Assembly (NCBI GenBank): GCA_964016885.1 | Contig: OZ024745.1 | Location: 10,726,001-10,790,000 of the forward strand | Source: Eledone cirrhosa | Taxonomy: Eukaryota | Length of the DNA stretch: 64,000 nucleotides | Direction of reading: 5' to 3' | Shown: piece by piece, positions 40,901 to 55,400 of the stretch | Position numbering within the stretch: the stretch's first letter is position 1 | Layout of the letters: every line of letters begins with the position of its first letter | The notes under the pieces: generated by a model | What the model was told of the DNA's origin: nothing | What the model saw: only the letters and a program-made list of their open reading frames with translations | Database searches by the model: none | Position numbers and translations under genes: made by a program

Positions 40901-43900
40901 TTGAGTATCTATTGTAGAGAGTGACACAGTTTGAAAGGAAGGTAATAGTTAAGTATCTGTTGTAGAGAGTGATACAGTTTGAAAGGAAGTTAATAGTGGA
41001 GTATCTGTTGTAGAGAGTGAAACAATTTGAAAAGAAGGTAATAGTTGTGTATCTGTTGTAGAGAGTGAAACAGTTTGAAAGGAGGTTAATAGTTGAGTAT
41101 CTATTGTAGAGAGTGATACAGTTTGAAAGGTAGTTAATAGTTGAGTATCTGTTGTAGAGAGTGACACAATTTGAAAGGAGGTTAATAGTTGAGTATCTAT
41201 TGTAGAGAGTGACACAGTTTGAAAGGAAGGTAATAGTTGAGTATCTGTTGTAGAGAGTGACACAGTTCTAAAGGAAATTAATAGTTGAGTATCTGTTGTA
41301 GAGAGTGACACTTTGAAAGGAAGGTAATAATTGAGTATCTGTTGTAGAGAGTGACACAGTTTGAAAGGAAGTTAATTGTTGAGTATCTGTTGTATAGAGT
41401 GATACAGTTTGAAAGGAAGGTAATAGTTGAGTATATGTTGTAGAGAGTGACACAGTGTAAAAAGAGTTTAATAGTTGAGTATCTGTTGTAGAGAGTGACA
41501 CAGTTTGAAAAAAGGTAATATTTGAGTATCTATTGTAGAGAGTGACACAGTTTGAGAGGAAGGTAATAGTTGAGTATCTGTTGTAGAGAGTGACACAGTT
41601 TGAAAGGAAGTTAATAATTGAGTATCTATTGTAGAGAGTGACACAGTTTGAAATGAAGGTAATAGTTGAGATCTGTTGTAGAGAGTGATACAGTTTGAAA
41701 GGAAGGTAATAGTTGAGCATCTGTTGTAGAGAGTGACACAGTTTAAAAGGAACGTAATCCTTGAGTATCTGTTGCAGAGAGTGACACAATTTGAAAGGAA
41801 GGTAATAGTTGTGTATCTGTCGTAGAGAGTGTCACAGTTTGAAAGGAGGTTAATAGTTGAGTATCTGTTGTAGAGAGTTACACAGTTTGAAAAGAGTTTA
41901 ATAGTTGAGTATCTGTTGTAGAGAGTGACACAGTTTGAAAGGAAGTTAATAGTTGAGTATCTGTTGTAGAGAGTGACAGTTTGAAAGGAAGTTAATAGTT
42001 GAGTATCTGTTGTAGATAATGACACAGTTTGAAAGGAAGTTAATAATTGAGTATCTATTGTAGAGAGTGATACAGTTTGAAAGGAAGGTAATAGTTGAGT
42101 ATCTGTTGTAGAGAGTGATACAGTTTGAAAGGAAGTTAATAGTTGAGTATCTATTGTAGAGAGTGACACGGTTTGAAAGTAAGGTAATAGTTGGGTATCT
42201 GTTGTAGAGAGTGACACACTTTTAAAGGAAGGTAATAGTTGAGTATCTGTTGTAGAGAGTGACACAATTTGAAAGGAGGTTAATAGTTGAGTATCTGTTG
42301 TAGAGAGTGATACAGTTTGAAAGGAGGTTAATAGTTGAGTATCTATTGTAGAGAGTGATACAGTTTGAAAGGTAGTTAATAGTTGAGCATCTGTTGTAGA
42401 GTGTGACACAGTTTGAAAGGAACTTAATAGTTGAGTATCTGTTGTAGAGAGTGAAACAGTTTGAAAGGAGCTTAATAGTTGAGTATCTATTGTAGAGAGT
42501 GATACAGTTTGAAAGGAAGTTAATAGTTGGGTATCTGTTGTAGAGAGTGACACAGTTTGAAAGGAAGTTAATAGTTGCGTATCTGTTGTAGAGAGTGATA
42601 CATTTTGAAAGGAAGTTAATTGTTGAGTATCTGTTGTAGAGAGTGACACAAATTGAAAGGAAGTTAATAGTTGAGTATCTATTGTAGAGAGTGAAACAGT
42701 TTGAAAGGAAGGTAATAGTTGAGTATCTGTTGTAGAGAGTGATACAATTTGAAAGGAAGTTAATAGTGGAGTATCTGTTGTAGAGAATGACACAATTTGA
42801 AAAGAAGGTAATAGTTGAGTATCTGTTGTAGAGAGTGAAACAGTTTGAAAGGAGGTTAATAGTTGAGTATCTATTGTAGAGAGTGATACAGTTTGAAAGG
42901 TAGTTAATAGTTGAGTATCTGTTGTAGAGAGTGACACAATTTGAAAGGAGGTTAATAGTTGAGTATCTATTGTAGAGAGTGACACAGTTTGAAAGGAAGG
43001 TAATAGTTGAGTATCTGTTGTAGAGAGTGACACAGTTTGAAAGGAATTTAATAGTTGAGTATCTGTTGTAGAGAGTGACAGTTTGAAAGGAAGGTAATAA
43101 TTGAGTATCTGTTGTTGTGAGTGAGACAGTTTGAAAGGAAGTTAATAATTGAGTATCTATTGTAGAGAGTGACGCAGTTTGAAAGGAAGGTAATAGTTGA
43201 GTATCTGTTGTAGAGAGTGATACAGTTTGAAAGGAAGGTAATAGTTGAGTATCTGTTGTAGAGAGTGACACAGTTTGAAAGGAAGTTAATAGTTGAGTAT
43301 CTGTTGTAGATAGTGACACAATTTGAAAGGATGTTAATAATTGAGTATCTATTGTAGAGAGTGATACAGTTTGAAAGGAAGGTAATAGTTGAGTATCTGT
43401 TGTAGAGAGTGACACAGTTTGAAAGGAACGTAATAGTTGAGTATCTGTTGTAGAGAGTGACAAAATTTGAAAGGAAGGTAATATTTGTGTATCTGTCGTA
43501 GAGAGTGTCACAGTTTGAAAGGAGGTTAATAGTTGAGTATCTGTTGTAGAGAGTTACACAGTTTGAAAGGAAGTTAATTGTTGAGTATTTGTTGTAGAGA
43601 ATGATACAGTTTGAAAGGAAGGTAATAGTTGAGTATCTGTTGTAGAGAGTGACGCAGTTTGAAAAGAGTTTAATAGTTGAATATCTGTTGTAGAGAGTGA
43701 CACAGTTTGAAAGGAAGTTAATAGTTGAGTATCTGTTGTAGAGAGTGACAGTTTGAAAGGAAGTTAATAGTTGAGTATCTGTTGTAGATAGTGACACAGT
43801 TTGAAAGGAAGTTAATAATTGAGTATCTGTTGTAGAGAGTGATACAATTTGAAAGGAAGTTAATAGTTGAGTATCTATTGTAGAGAGTGACACGGTTTGA

Positions 43901-45729
43901 AAGTAAGGTAATAGTTGAGTATCTGTTGTAGAGAGTGACACACTTTGAAAGGAAGGTAATAGTTGAGTATCTGTTGTAGAGAGTGACACAATTTGAAAGG
44001 AGGTTAATAGTTGAGTATCTGTTGTAGAGAGTGATACAGTTTGAAAGGAGGTTAATAGTTGAGTATCTATTGTAGAGAGTGATACAGTTTGAAAAGTAGT
44101 TAATAGTTGAGCATCTGCTGTAGAGTGTGACACAGTTTGAAAGGAACTTAATAGTTGAGTATCTGTTGTAGAGAGTGAAACAGTTTGAAAGGAGCTTAAT
44201 AGTTGAGTATCTATTGTAGAGAGTGATACAGTTTGAAAGGAAGTTAATAGTTGGGTATCTGTTGTAGAGAGTGACACAGTTTGAAAGGAAGTTAATAGTT
44301 GCGTATCTGTTGTAGAGAGTGATACATTTTGAAAGGAAGTTAATAGTTGAGTATCTGTTGTAGAGAGTGACACAAATTGAAATGAAGTTAATAGTTGAGT
44401 ATCTATTGTAGAGAGTGACACAGTTTGAAAGGAAGGTAATAGTTGAGTATCTGTTGTAGAGAGTGATACAGTTTGAAAGTAAGGTAATAGTTGAGTATCT
44501 GTTGTAGAGAGTGACACAGTTTGAAAGGAAGGTAATAGTTGAGTATCTGTTGTAGAGAGTGACAAATATTATAGGAAGGTAATAGTTGAGTATCTGTCGT
44601 AGAGAGTGTCACAATTTGAAAGGAGGTTAATAGTTGAGTATCTGCTGTAGAGAGTTACACAGTTTGAAAGGAAGTTAATTGTTGAGTATCTGTTGTAGAG
44701 AGTGATACATTTTGAAAGGAAGGTAATAGTTGAGTATATGTTGTAGAGAGTGACACATTTTGAAAAGAGTTTAATAGTTGAGTATCTGTTGTAGAGAGTG
44801 ACACAATTTGAAAGGAAGTTAATAGTTGAGTATCTGTTGTAGAGAGTGACAGTTTGAAAGGAAGTTAATAGTTGAGTATCTGTTGTAGATAGTGACACAG
44901 TTTGAAAGGAAGTTAATTGTTGAGTATCTGTTGTAGAGAGTGACACAGTTTGAAAGGAAGTTAATAGTTGAGTATCTATTGTAGAGAGTGACATAGTTTG
45001 AAAGGAAGGTAATAGTTGAGTATCTGTTGTAGAGAGTGACACAGTTTGAAAGGTAGTTAATAGTTGAGTATCTGTTGTAGAGAGTGACACAACTTGAAAG
45101 GAGGTTAATAGTTGAGTATCTATTGTAGAGAGTGAAACAATTTGAAAGGAAGGTATTAGCTGAGTATCTGTTGTAGAGAGTGACACAGTTTGAAAGGAAG
45201 GTAATAGTTGAGTATCTATTGTAGAGAGTGAAACAATTTGAAAGGAAGGTATTAGCTGAGTATCTGTTGTAGAGAGTGAGACAGTTTGAAAGGAAGGTAT
45301 AGTTGAGTATCTGTTGTAGAGAGTGACACAGTTTGAAAGGAAGGTAATAGTTGATTATCTGTTGTAGAGAGTGACACAACTTGAAAGGAAGGTAATAGTT
45401 GAGTATCTGTCGTAGAGAGTGTCACAGTTTGAAAGGAGGTTAATAGTTGAGTATCTGTTGTAGTGAGTTACACAGTTTGAAAGGAAGTTAACTGTTGAGT
45501 ATCTGTTGTAGAGAGTGAAACAGTTTGAAAGGAGGTTAATAGTTGAGTATCTATTGTAGAGAGTGATACAGTTTGAAAGGTAATTAATAGTTGAGTATCT
45601 GTTGTAGAGAGTGACACAATTTGAAAGGAGGTTAATAGTTGAGTATCTATTGTAGAGAGTGACACGGTTTGAAAGTAAGGTAATAGTTGAGTATCTGTTG
45701 TAGAGAGTGACACAGTTTGAAAGGTAGGT

Positions 45730-48700
45730 AATAGTTGAGTATCTGTTGTAGAGAGTGACACAATTTGAAAGGAGGTTAATAGTTGAGTATCTGTTGTAGA
45801 GAGTGATACAGCTTGAAAGGAGGTTAATAGTTGAGTATCTGTTGTAGAGCGTGACACAGTTTGAAAGGAACTTAATAGTTGAGTATCTGTTGTAGAGAGT
45901 GAAACATTTTGAAAGGAGCTTAGTAGTTGAGTATCTATGGTAGAGAGTGATACAGTTTGAAAGGAAGTTAATAGTTAGGTATCTGTTGTAGAGAGTGACA
46001 CAGTTTGAAAGGAAGTTAATAGTTGCGTATCTGTTGTAGAGAGTGATACATTTTGAAAGGAAGTTAATTGTTGAGTATCTGTTGTAGAGAGTGACACAAA
46101 TTGAAAGGAAGTTAATAGTTGAGTATCTATTGTAGAGAGTGAAACAGTTTGAAAGGAAGGTAATAGTTGAGTATCTGTTGTAGAGAGTGATACAATTTGA
46201 AAGGAAGTTAATAGTGGAGTATCTGTTGTAGAGAGTGACACAATTTGAAAAGAAGGTAATAGTTGAGTATCTGTTGTAGAGAGTGAAACAGTTTGAAAGG
46301 AGGTTAATAGTTGAGTATCTATTGTAGAGAGTGATACAGTTTGAAAGGTAGTTAATAGTTGAGTATCTGTTGTAGAGAGTGACACAATTTGAAAGGAGGT
46401 TAATAGTTGAGTATCTATTGTAGAGAGTGACACAGTTTGAAAGGAAGGTAATAGTTGAGTATCTGTTGTAGAGAGTGACACAGTTTGAAAGGAATTTAAT
46501 AGTTGAGTATCTGTTGTAGAGAGTGACAGTTTGAAAGGAAGGTAATAATTGAGTATCTGTTGTAGAGAGTGACAGTTTGAAAGGAAGTTAATAATTGAGT
46601 ATCTATTGTAGAGAGTGACACAGTTTGAAAGGAAGGTAATAGTTGAGTATCTGTTGTAGATAGTGACACAGTTTGAAAGGATGTTAATAATTGAGTATCT
46701 ATTGTAGAGAGTGACACAGTTTGAAATGAAGGTAATAGTTGAGTATCTGTTGTAGAGAGTGACACAATTTCAAAGGAAGTTAATAGTTGAGTATCTATTG
46801 TAGAGAATGACACAATTTGAAAGTAAGGCAATAGTTGAGTATCTGTTCTAGAGAGTGACACAGTTTGAAAGGAAGGTAATAGTTGAGTATCTGTTGTAGA
46901 GAGTGATACAGTTTGAAAGGAAGTTAATAGTTGAATATCTGTTGTAGAGAGTGACACAATTTGAAAGGAGGTTAGTAGTTGAGTATCTGTTGTAGAGAAT
47001 GATACAGTTTGAAAGGAGGTTAATAGTTGAGTATCTATTGTAGAGAGTGATACAGTTTGAAAAGTAGTTAATAGTTGAGCATCTGTTGTTGAGTGTGACA
47101 CAGTTTGAAAGGAACTTAATAGTTGAGTATCTGTTGTAGAGAGTGAAACAGTTTGAAAGGAGCTTAATAGTTGAGTATCTATTGTAGAGAGTGACACAAT
47201 TTGAAAGGAGGTTAATAGTTGAGTATCTGTTGTAGAAAGTGATACAGTTTGAAAGAAAGGTAATATTTGAGTATCTATTGTAGAGAGTGACACAGTTTGA
47301 GAGGAAGGTAATAGTTGAGTATCTGTTGTAGAGAGTGACACAGTTTGAAAGGAAGTTAATAATTGAGTATCTATTGTAGAGAGTGACACAGTTTGAAATG
47401 AAGGTAATAGTTGAGTATCTGTTGTAGAGAGTGACACAGTTTGAAAGGAACGTAATAGTTGAGTATCTGTTGTAGAGAGTGACAAAATTTGAAAGGAAGG
47501 TAATATTTGTGTATCTGTCGTAGAGAGTGTCACAGTTTGAAAGGAGGTTAATAGTTGAGTATCTGTTGTAGAGAGTTACACAGTTTGAAAGGAAGTTAAT
47601 TGTTGAGTATTTGTTGTAGAGAATGATACAGTTTGAAAGGAAGGTAATAGTTGAGTATCTGTTGTAGAGAGTGACGCAGTTTGAAAAGAGTTTAATAGTT
47701 GAATATCTGTTGTAGAGAGTGACACAGTTTGAAAGGAAGTTAATAGTTGAGTATCTGTTGTAGAGAGTGACAGTTTGAAAGGAAGTTAATAGTTGAGTAT
47801 CTGTTGTAGATAGTGACACAGTTTGAAAGGAAGTTAATAATTGAGTATCTGTTGTAGAGAGTGATACAATTTGAAAGGAAGTTAATAGTGGAGTATCTAT
47901 TGTAGAGAGTGACACGGTTTGAAAGTAAGGTAATAGTTGAGTATCTGTTGTAGAGAGTGACACACTTTGAAAGGAAGGTAATAGTTGAGTATCTGTTGTA
48001 GAGAGTGACACAATTTGAAAGGAGGTTAATAGTTGAGTATCTGTTGTAGAGAGTGATACAGTTTGAAAGGAGGTTAATAGTTGAGTATCTATTGTAGAGA
48101 GTGATACAGTTTGAAAAGTAGTTAATAGTTGAGCATCTGCTGTAGAGTGTGACACAGTTTGAAAGGAACTTAATAGTTGAGTATCTGTTGTAGAGAGTGA
48201 AACAGTTTGAAAGGAGCTTAATAGTTGAGTATCTATTGTAGAGAGTGATACAGTTTGAAAGGAAGTTAATAGTTGGGTATCTGTTGTAGAGAGTGACACA
48301 GTTTGAAAGGAAGTTAATAGTTGCGTATCTGTTGTAGAGAGTGATACATTTTGAAAGGAAGTTAATAGTTGAGTATCTGTTGTAGAGAGTGACACAAATT
48401 GAAATGAAGTTAATAGTTGAGTATCTATTGTAGAGAGTGACACAGTTTGAAAGGAAGGTAATAGTTGAGTATCTGTTGTAGAGAGTGATACAGTTTGAAA
48501 GTAAGGTAATAGTTGAGTATCTGTTGTAGAGAGTGACACAGTTTGAAAGGAAGGTAATAGTTGAGTATCTGTTGTAGAGAGTCACACAGTTTGAAAGTAA
48601 GGTAATAGTTGAGTATCTGTCGTAGAGAGTGTCACAATTTGAAAGGAGGTTAATAGTTGAGTATCTGCTGTAGAGAGTTACACAGTTTGAAAGGAAGTTA

Positions 48701-51700
48701 ATTGTTGAGTATCTGTTGTAGAGAGTGATACATTTTGAAAGGAAGGTAATAGTTGAGTATATGTTGTAGAGAGTGACACATTTTGAAAAGAGTTTAATAG
48801 TTGAGTATCTGTTGTAGAGAGTGACACAGTTTGAAAGGAAGTTAATAGTTGAGTATCTGTTGTAGAGAGTGACAGTTTGAAAGGAAGTTAATAGTTGAGT
48901 ATCTGTTGTACATAGTGACACAGTTTGAAAGGAAGTTAATTGTTGAGTATCTGTTGTAGAGAGTGACACAGTTTGAAAGGAAGTTAATAGTTGAGTATCT
49001 ATTGTAGAGAGTGACACAGTTTGAAAGGGAGGTAATAGTTGAGTATCTGTTGTAGAGAGTGACACAGTTTGAAAGGTAGTTAATAGTTGAGTATCTGTTG
49101 TAGAGAGTGACACAATTTGAAAGGAGGTTAATAGTTGAGTATCTGTTGTAGAGAGTGATACAGCTTGAAAGGAGGTTAATAGTTGAGTATCTGTTGTAGA
49201 GCGTGACACAGTTTGAAAGGAACTTAATAGTTGAGTATCTGTTGTAGAGAGTGAAACATTTTGAAAGGAGCTTAGTAGTTGAGTATCTATGGTAGAGAGT
49301 GATACAGTTTGAAAGGAAGTTAATAGTTAGGTATCTGTTGTAGAGAGTGACACAGTTTGAAAGGAAGTTAATAGTTGCGTATCTGTTGTAGAGAGTGATA
49401 CATTTTGAAAGGAAGTTAATTGTTGAGTATCTGTTGTAGAGAGTGACACAAATTGAAAGGAAGTTAATAGTTGAGTATCTATTGTAGAGAGTGAAACAGT
49501 TTGAAAGGAAGGTAATAGTTGAGTATCTGTTGTAGAGAGTGATACAATTTGAAAGGAAGTTAATAGTGGAGTATCTGTTGTAGAGAGTGACACAATTTGA
49601 AAAGAAGGTAATAGTTGAGTATCTGTTGTAGAGAGTGAAACAGTTTGAAAGGAGGTTAATAGTTGAGTATCTATTGTAGAGAGTGATACAGTTTGAAAGG
49701 TAGTTAATAGTTGAGTATCTGTTGTAGAGAGTGACACAATTTGAAAGGAGGTTAATAGTTGAGTATCTATTGTAGAGAGTGACACGGTTTGAAAGGAAGG
49801 TAATAGTTGAGTATCTGTTGTAGAGAGTGACACAGTTTGAAAGGAATTTAATAGTTGAGTATCTGTTGTAGAGAGTGACAGTTTGAAAGGAAGGTAATAA
49901 TTGAGTATCTGTTGTAGAGAGTGACAGTTTGAAAGGAAGTTAATAATTGAGTATCTATTGTAGAGAGTGACACAGTTTGAAAGGAAGGTAATAGTTGAGT
50001 ATCTGTTGTAGATAGTGACACAGTTTGAAAGGATGTTAATAATTGAGTATCTATTGTAGAGAGTGACACAGTTTGAAATGAAGGTAATAGTTGAGTATCT
50101 GTTGTAGAGAGTGACACAATTTCAAAGGAAGTTAATAGTTGAGTATCTATTGTAGAGAATGACACAATTTGAAAGTAAGGCAATAGTTGAGTATCTGTTC
50201 TAGAGAGTGACACAGTTTGAAAGGAAGGTAATAGTTGAGTATCTGTTGTAGAGAGTGATACAGTTTGAAAGGAAGTTAATAGTTGAATATCTGTTGTAGA
50301 GAGTGACACAATTTGAAAGGAGGTTAGTAGTTGAGTATCTGTTGTAGAGAATGATACAGTTTGAAAGGAGGTTAATAGTTGAGTATCTATTGTAGAGAGT
50401 GATACAGTTTGAAAAGTAGTTAATAGTTGAGCATCTGTTGTTGAGTGTGACACAGTTTGAAAGGAACTTAATAGTTGAGTATCTGTTGTAGAGAGTGAAA
50501 CAGTTTGAAAGGAGCTTAATAGTTGAGTATCTATTGTAGAGAGTGACACAATTTGAAAGGAGGTTAATAGTTGAGTATCTGTTGTAGAAAGTGATACAGT
50601 TTGAAAGAAAGGTAATATTTGAGTATCTATTGTAGAGAGTGACACAGTTTGAGAGGAAGGTAATAGTTGAGTATCTGTTGTAGAGAGTGACACAGTTTGA
50701 AAGGAAGTTAATAATTGAGTATCTATTGTAGAGAGTGACACAGTTTGAAATGAAGGTAATAGTTGAGTATCTGTTGTAGAGAGTGACACAGTTTGAAAGG
50801 AACGTAATAGTTGAGTATCTGTTGTAGAGAGTGACAAAATTTGAAAGGAAGGTAATATTTGTGTATCTGTCGTAGAGAGTGTCACATTTTGAAAGGAGGT
50901 TAATAGTTGAGTATCTGTTGTAGAGAGTTACACAGTTTGAAAGGAAGTTAATTGTTGAGTATTTGTTGTAGAGAATGATACAGTTTGAAAGGAAGGTAAT
51001 AGTTGAGTATCTGTTGTAGAGAGTGACGCAGTTTGAAAAGAGTTTAATAGTTGAATATCTGTTGTAGAGAGTGACACAGTTTGAAAGGAAGTTAATAGTT
51101 GAGTATCTGTTGTAGAGAGTGACAGTTTGAAAGGAAGTTAATAGTTGAGTATCTGTTGTAGATAGTGACACAGTTTGAAAGGAAGTTAATAATTGAGTAT
51201 CTGTTGTAGAGAGTGATACAATTTGAAAGGAAGTTAATAGTGGAGTATCTATTGTAGAGAGTGACACGGTTTGAAAGTAAGGTAATAGTTGAGTATCTGT
51301 TGTAGAGAGTGACACACTTTGAAAGGAAGGTAATAGTTGAGTATCTGTTGTAGAGAGTGACACAATTTGAAAGGAGGTTAATAGTTGAGTATCTGTTGTA
51401 GAGAGTGATACAGTTTGAAAGGAGGTTAATAGTTGAGTATCTATTGTAGAGAGTGATACAGTTTGAAAAGTAGTTAATAGTTGAGCATCTGCTGTAGAGT
51501 GTGACACAGTTTGAAAGGAACTTAATAGTTGAGTATCTGTTGTAGAGAGTGAAACAGTTTGAAAGGAGCTTAATAGTTGAGTATCTATTGTAGAGAGTGA
51601 TACAGTTTGAAAGGAAGTTAATAGTTGGGTATCTGTTGTAGAGAGTGACACAGTTTGAAAGGAAGTTAATAGTTGCGTATCTGTTGTAGAGAGTGATACA

Positions 51701-52465
51701 TTTTGAAAGGAAGTTAATAGTTGAGTATCTGTTGTAGAGAGTGACACAAATTGAAATGAAGTTAATAGTTGAGTATCTATTGTAGAGAGTGACACAGTTT
51801 GAAAGGAAGGTAATAGTTGAGTATCTGTTGTAGAGAGTGATACAGTTTGAAAGTAAGGTAATAGTTGAGTATCTGTTGTAGAGAGTGACACAGTTTGAAA
51901 GGAAGGTAATAGTTGAGTATCTGTTGTAGAGAGTCACACAGTTTGAAAGTAAGGTAATAGTTGAGTATCTGTCGTAGAGAGTGTCACAATTTGAAAGGAG
52001 GTTAATAGTTGAGTATCTGCTGTAGAGAGTTACACAGTTTGAAAGGAAGTTAATTGTTGAGTATCTGTTGTAGAGAGTGATACATTTTGAAAGGAAGGTA
52101 ATAGTTGAGTATATGTTGTAGAGAGTGACACATTTTGAAAAGAGTTTAATAGTTGAGTATCTGTTGTAGAGAGTGACACAGTTTGAAAGGAAGTTAATAG
52201 TTGAGTATCTGTTGTAGAGAGTGACAGTTTGAAAGGAAGTTAATAGTTGAGTATCTGTTGTACATAGTGACACAGTTTGAAAGGAAGTTAATTGTTGAGT
52301 ATCTGTTGTAGAGAGTGACACAGTTTGAAAGGAAGTTAATAGTTGAGTATCTATTGTAGAGAGTGACACAGTTTGAAAGGGAGGTAATAGTTGAGTATCT
52401 GTTGTAGAGAGTGACACAGTTTGAAAGGTAGTTAATAGTTGAGTATCTGTTGTAGAGAGTGACAC
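45730..52465. repeat. Higher-order tandem duplication, period 3352 bp (70 monomers), near-identical copies
   Basis: Pairs 45975/49327, 46496/49848, 46848/50200 and 47740/51092 are all offset 3352, and the translations are identical or nearly so where they overlap. Confidence 0.92.
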
Positions 52466-55400
52466 AACTTGAAAGGAGGTTAATAGTTGAGTATCTATTG
52501 TAGAGAGTGACACAGTTTGAAAGGAAGGTAATAGTTGAGTATCTATTGTAGAGAGTGAAACAATTTGAAAGGAAGGTATTAGCTGAGTATCTGTTGTAGA
52601 GAGTGACACAGTTTGAAAGGAAGGTATAGTTGAGTATCTGTTGTAGAGAGTGACACAGTTTGAAAGGAAGGTAATAGTTGATTATCTGTTGTAGAGAGTG
52701 ACACAACTTGAAAGGAAGGTAATAGTTGAGTATCTGTCGTAGAGAGTGTCACAGTTTGAAAGGAGGTTAATAGTTGAGTATCTGTTGTAGTGAGTTACAC
52801 AGTTTGAAAGGAAGTTAACTGTTGAGTATCTGTTGTAGAGAGTGAAACAGTTTGAAAGGAGGTTAATAGTTGAGTATCTATTGTAGAGAGTGATACAGTT
52901 TGAAAGGTAATTAATAGTTGAGTATCTGTTGTAGAGAGTGACACAATTTGAAAGGAGGTTAATAGTTGAGTATCTATTGTAGAGAGTGACACGGTTTGAA
53001 AGTAAGGTAATAGTTGAGTATCTGTTGTAGAGAGTGACACAGTTTGAAAGGTAGGTAATAGTTGAGTATCTGTTGTAGAGAGTGACACAATTTGAAAGGA
53101 GGTTAATAGTTGAGTATCTGTTGTAGAGAGTGATACAGTTTGAAAGGAGGTTAATAGTTGAGTATCTATTGTAGAGAGTGATACAGTTTGAAAAGTAGTT
53201 AATAGTTGAGCATCTGTTGTAGAGCGTGACACAGTTTGAAAGGAACTTAATAGTTGAGTATCTGTTGTAGAGAGTGAAACAGTTTGAAAGGAGCTTAGTA
53301 GTTGAGTATCTATGGTAGAGAGTGATACAGTTTGAAAGGAAGTTAATAGTTAGGTATCTGTTGTAGAGAGTGACACAGTTTGAAAGGAAGTTAATAGTTG
53401 CGTATCTGTTGTAGAGAGTGATACATTTTGAAAGGAAGTTAATAGTTGAGTATCTGTTGTAGAGAGTGACACAAATTGAAAGGAAGTTAATAGTTGAGTA
53501 TCTATTGTAGAGAGTGACACAGTTTGAAAGGAAGGTAATAGTTGAGTATCTGTTGTAGAGAGTGATACAGTTTGAAAGGAAGTTAATAGTGGAGTATCTG
53601 TTGTAGAGAGTGACACAATTTGAAAAGAAGGTAATAGTTGAGTATCTGTTGTAGAGAGTGAAACAGTTTGAAAGGAGGTTAATAGTTGAGTATCTATTGT
53701 AGAGAGTGATACAGTTTGAAAGGTAGTTAATAGTTGAGTATCTGTTGTAGAGAGTGACACAATTTGAAAGGAGGTTAATAGTTGAGTATCTATTGTAGAG
53801 AGTGACACAGTTTGAAAAGAATTTAATAGTTGAGTATCTGTTGCAGAGAGTGACAGTTTGAAAGGAAGTTAATAGTTGAGTATCTGTTGTAGAGAGTGAC
53901 AGTTTGAAAGGAAGTTAATAGTTGAGTATCTGTTGCAGAGAGTGACAGTTTGAAAGGAAGTTAATAGTTGAGTATCTGTTGTAGAGAGTGACAGTTTGAA
54001 AGGAAGTTAATAGTTGAGTATCTATTGTAGAGAGTGACACAGTTTGAAAGGAAGGTAATAATTGAGTATCTGTTGTAGAGAGTGACACAGTTTGAAAGGA
54101 AGTTAATAATTGAGTATCTATTGTAGAGAGTGACACAGTTTGAAAGGAAGGTAATAGTTGAGTATCTGTTGTAGAGAGTGATACAGTTTGAAAGGAAGGT
54201 AATAGTTGAGTGTCTGTTGTAGAGAGTGACACAATATTAAAGGAAGGTAATAGTTGAGTATCTGTCGTAGAGAGTGTCACAGTTTGAAAGGAGGTTAATA
54301 GTTGAGTATCTGTTGTAGATAGTGACACAGTTTGAAAGGAAGTTAATTGTTGAGTATCTGTTGTAGATAGTGACACAGTTTGAAAGGAAGTTAATTGTTG
54401 AGTATCTGTTGTAGAGAGTGACACAGTTTGAAAGGAAGTTAATAGTTGAGTATCTATTGTAGAGAGTGACACAACTTGAAAATAAGGTAATAGTTGTGTA
54501 TCTGTTGTAGAGAGTGACACAGTTTGAAAGGAAGGTAATAGTTGAGTATCTGTTGTAGAGAGTGACACAATTTGAAAGGAACTTAATAGTTGAGTATCTC
54601 TTGTAGAGAGTGACACAGTTTGAAAGGAAGGTAATAGTTGAATATCTGTTGTAGAGAGTGACACAGTTTGAAAGGAGGTTAATAGTTGAGTATCTGTTGT
54701 AGAGAGTGATACAGTTTGAATGGGAGGTAATAGTTGAGTATCTATTGTAGAGAGTGACACAGTTTGAAAGGAAGTTAATAGGTGAGTATCTATTGTAGAG
54801 AGTGACACAGTTTGAAAGGAAGGTAATAGTTGAGTATCTATTGTAGAGAGTGAAACAATTTGAAAGGAAGGTATTAGTTGAGTATCTGTTGTAGAGAGTG
54901 AAACAGTTTGAAATGAGGTTAATAGCTGAGTATCTGTTGTAGAGAGTGACACAGTCTGAAAGGAAGGTAATAGTTGAGTATCTGTTGTAGAGAGTGACAC
55001 AGTTTGAAAGGAAGGTAATAGTTGATTATCTGTTGTAGAGAGTGACACAACTTGAAAGGAAGGTAATAGTTGAGTATCTGTCGTAGAGAGTGTCACAGTT
55101 TGAAAGGAGGTTAATAGTTGAGTATCTGTTGCAGTGAGTTACACAGTTTGAAAGGAAGTTAATTGTTGAGTATCTGTTGTAGAGAGTGAAACAGTTTGAA
55201 AGGAGGTTAATAGTTGAGTATCTATTGTAGAGAGTGATACAGTTTGAAAGGTCGTTAATAGTTGAGTATCTGTTGTAGAGAGTGACACAATTTGAAAGGA
55301 GGTTAATAGTTGAGTATCTATTGTAGAGAGTGACACGGTTTGAAAGTAAGGTAATAGTTGAGTATCTGTTGTAGAGAGTGACACAGTTTGAAAGGAAGGT

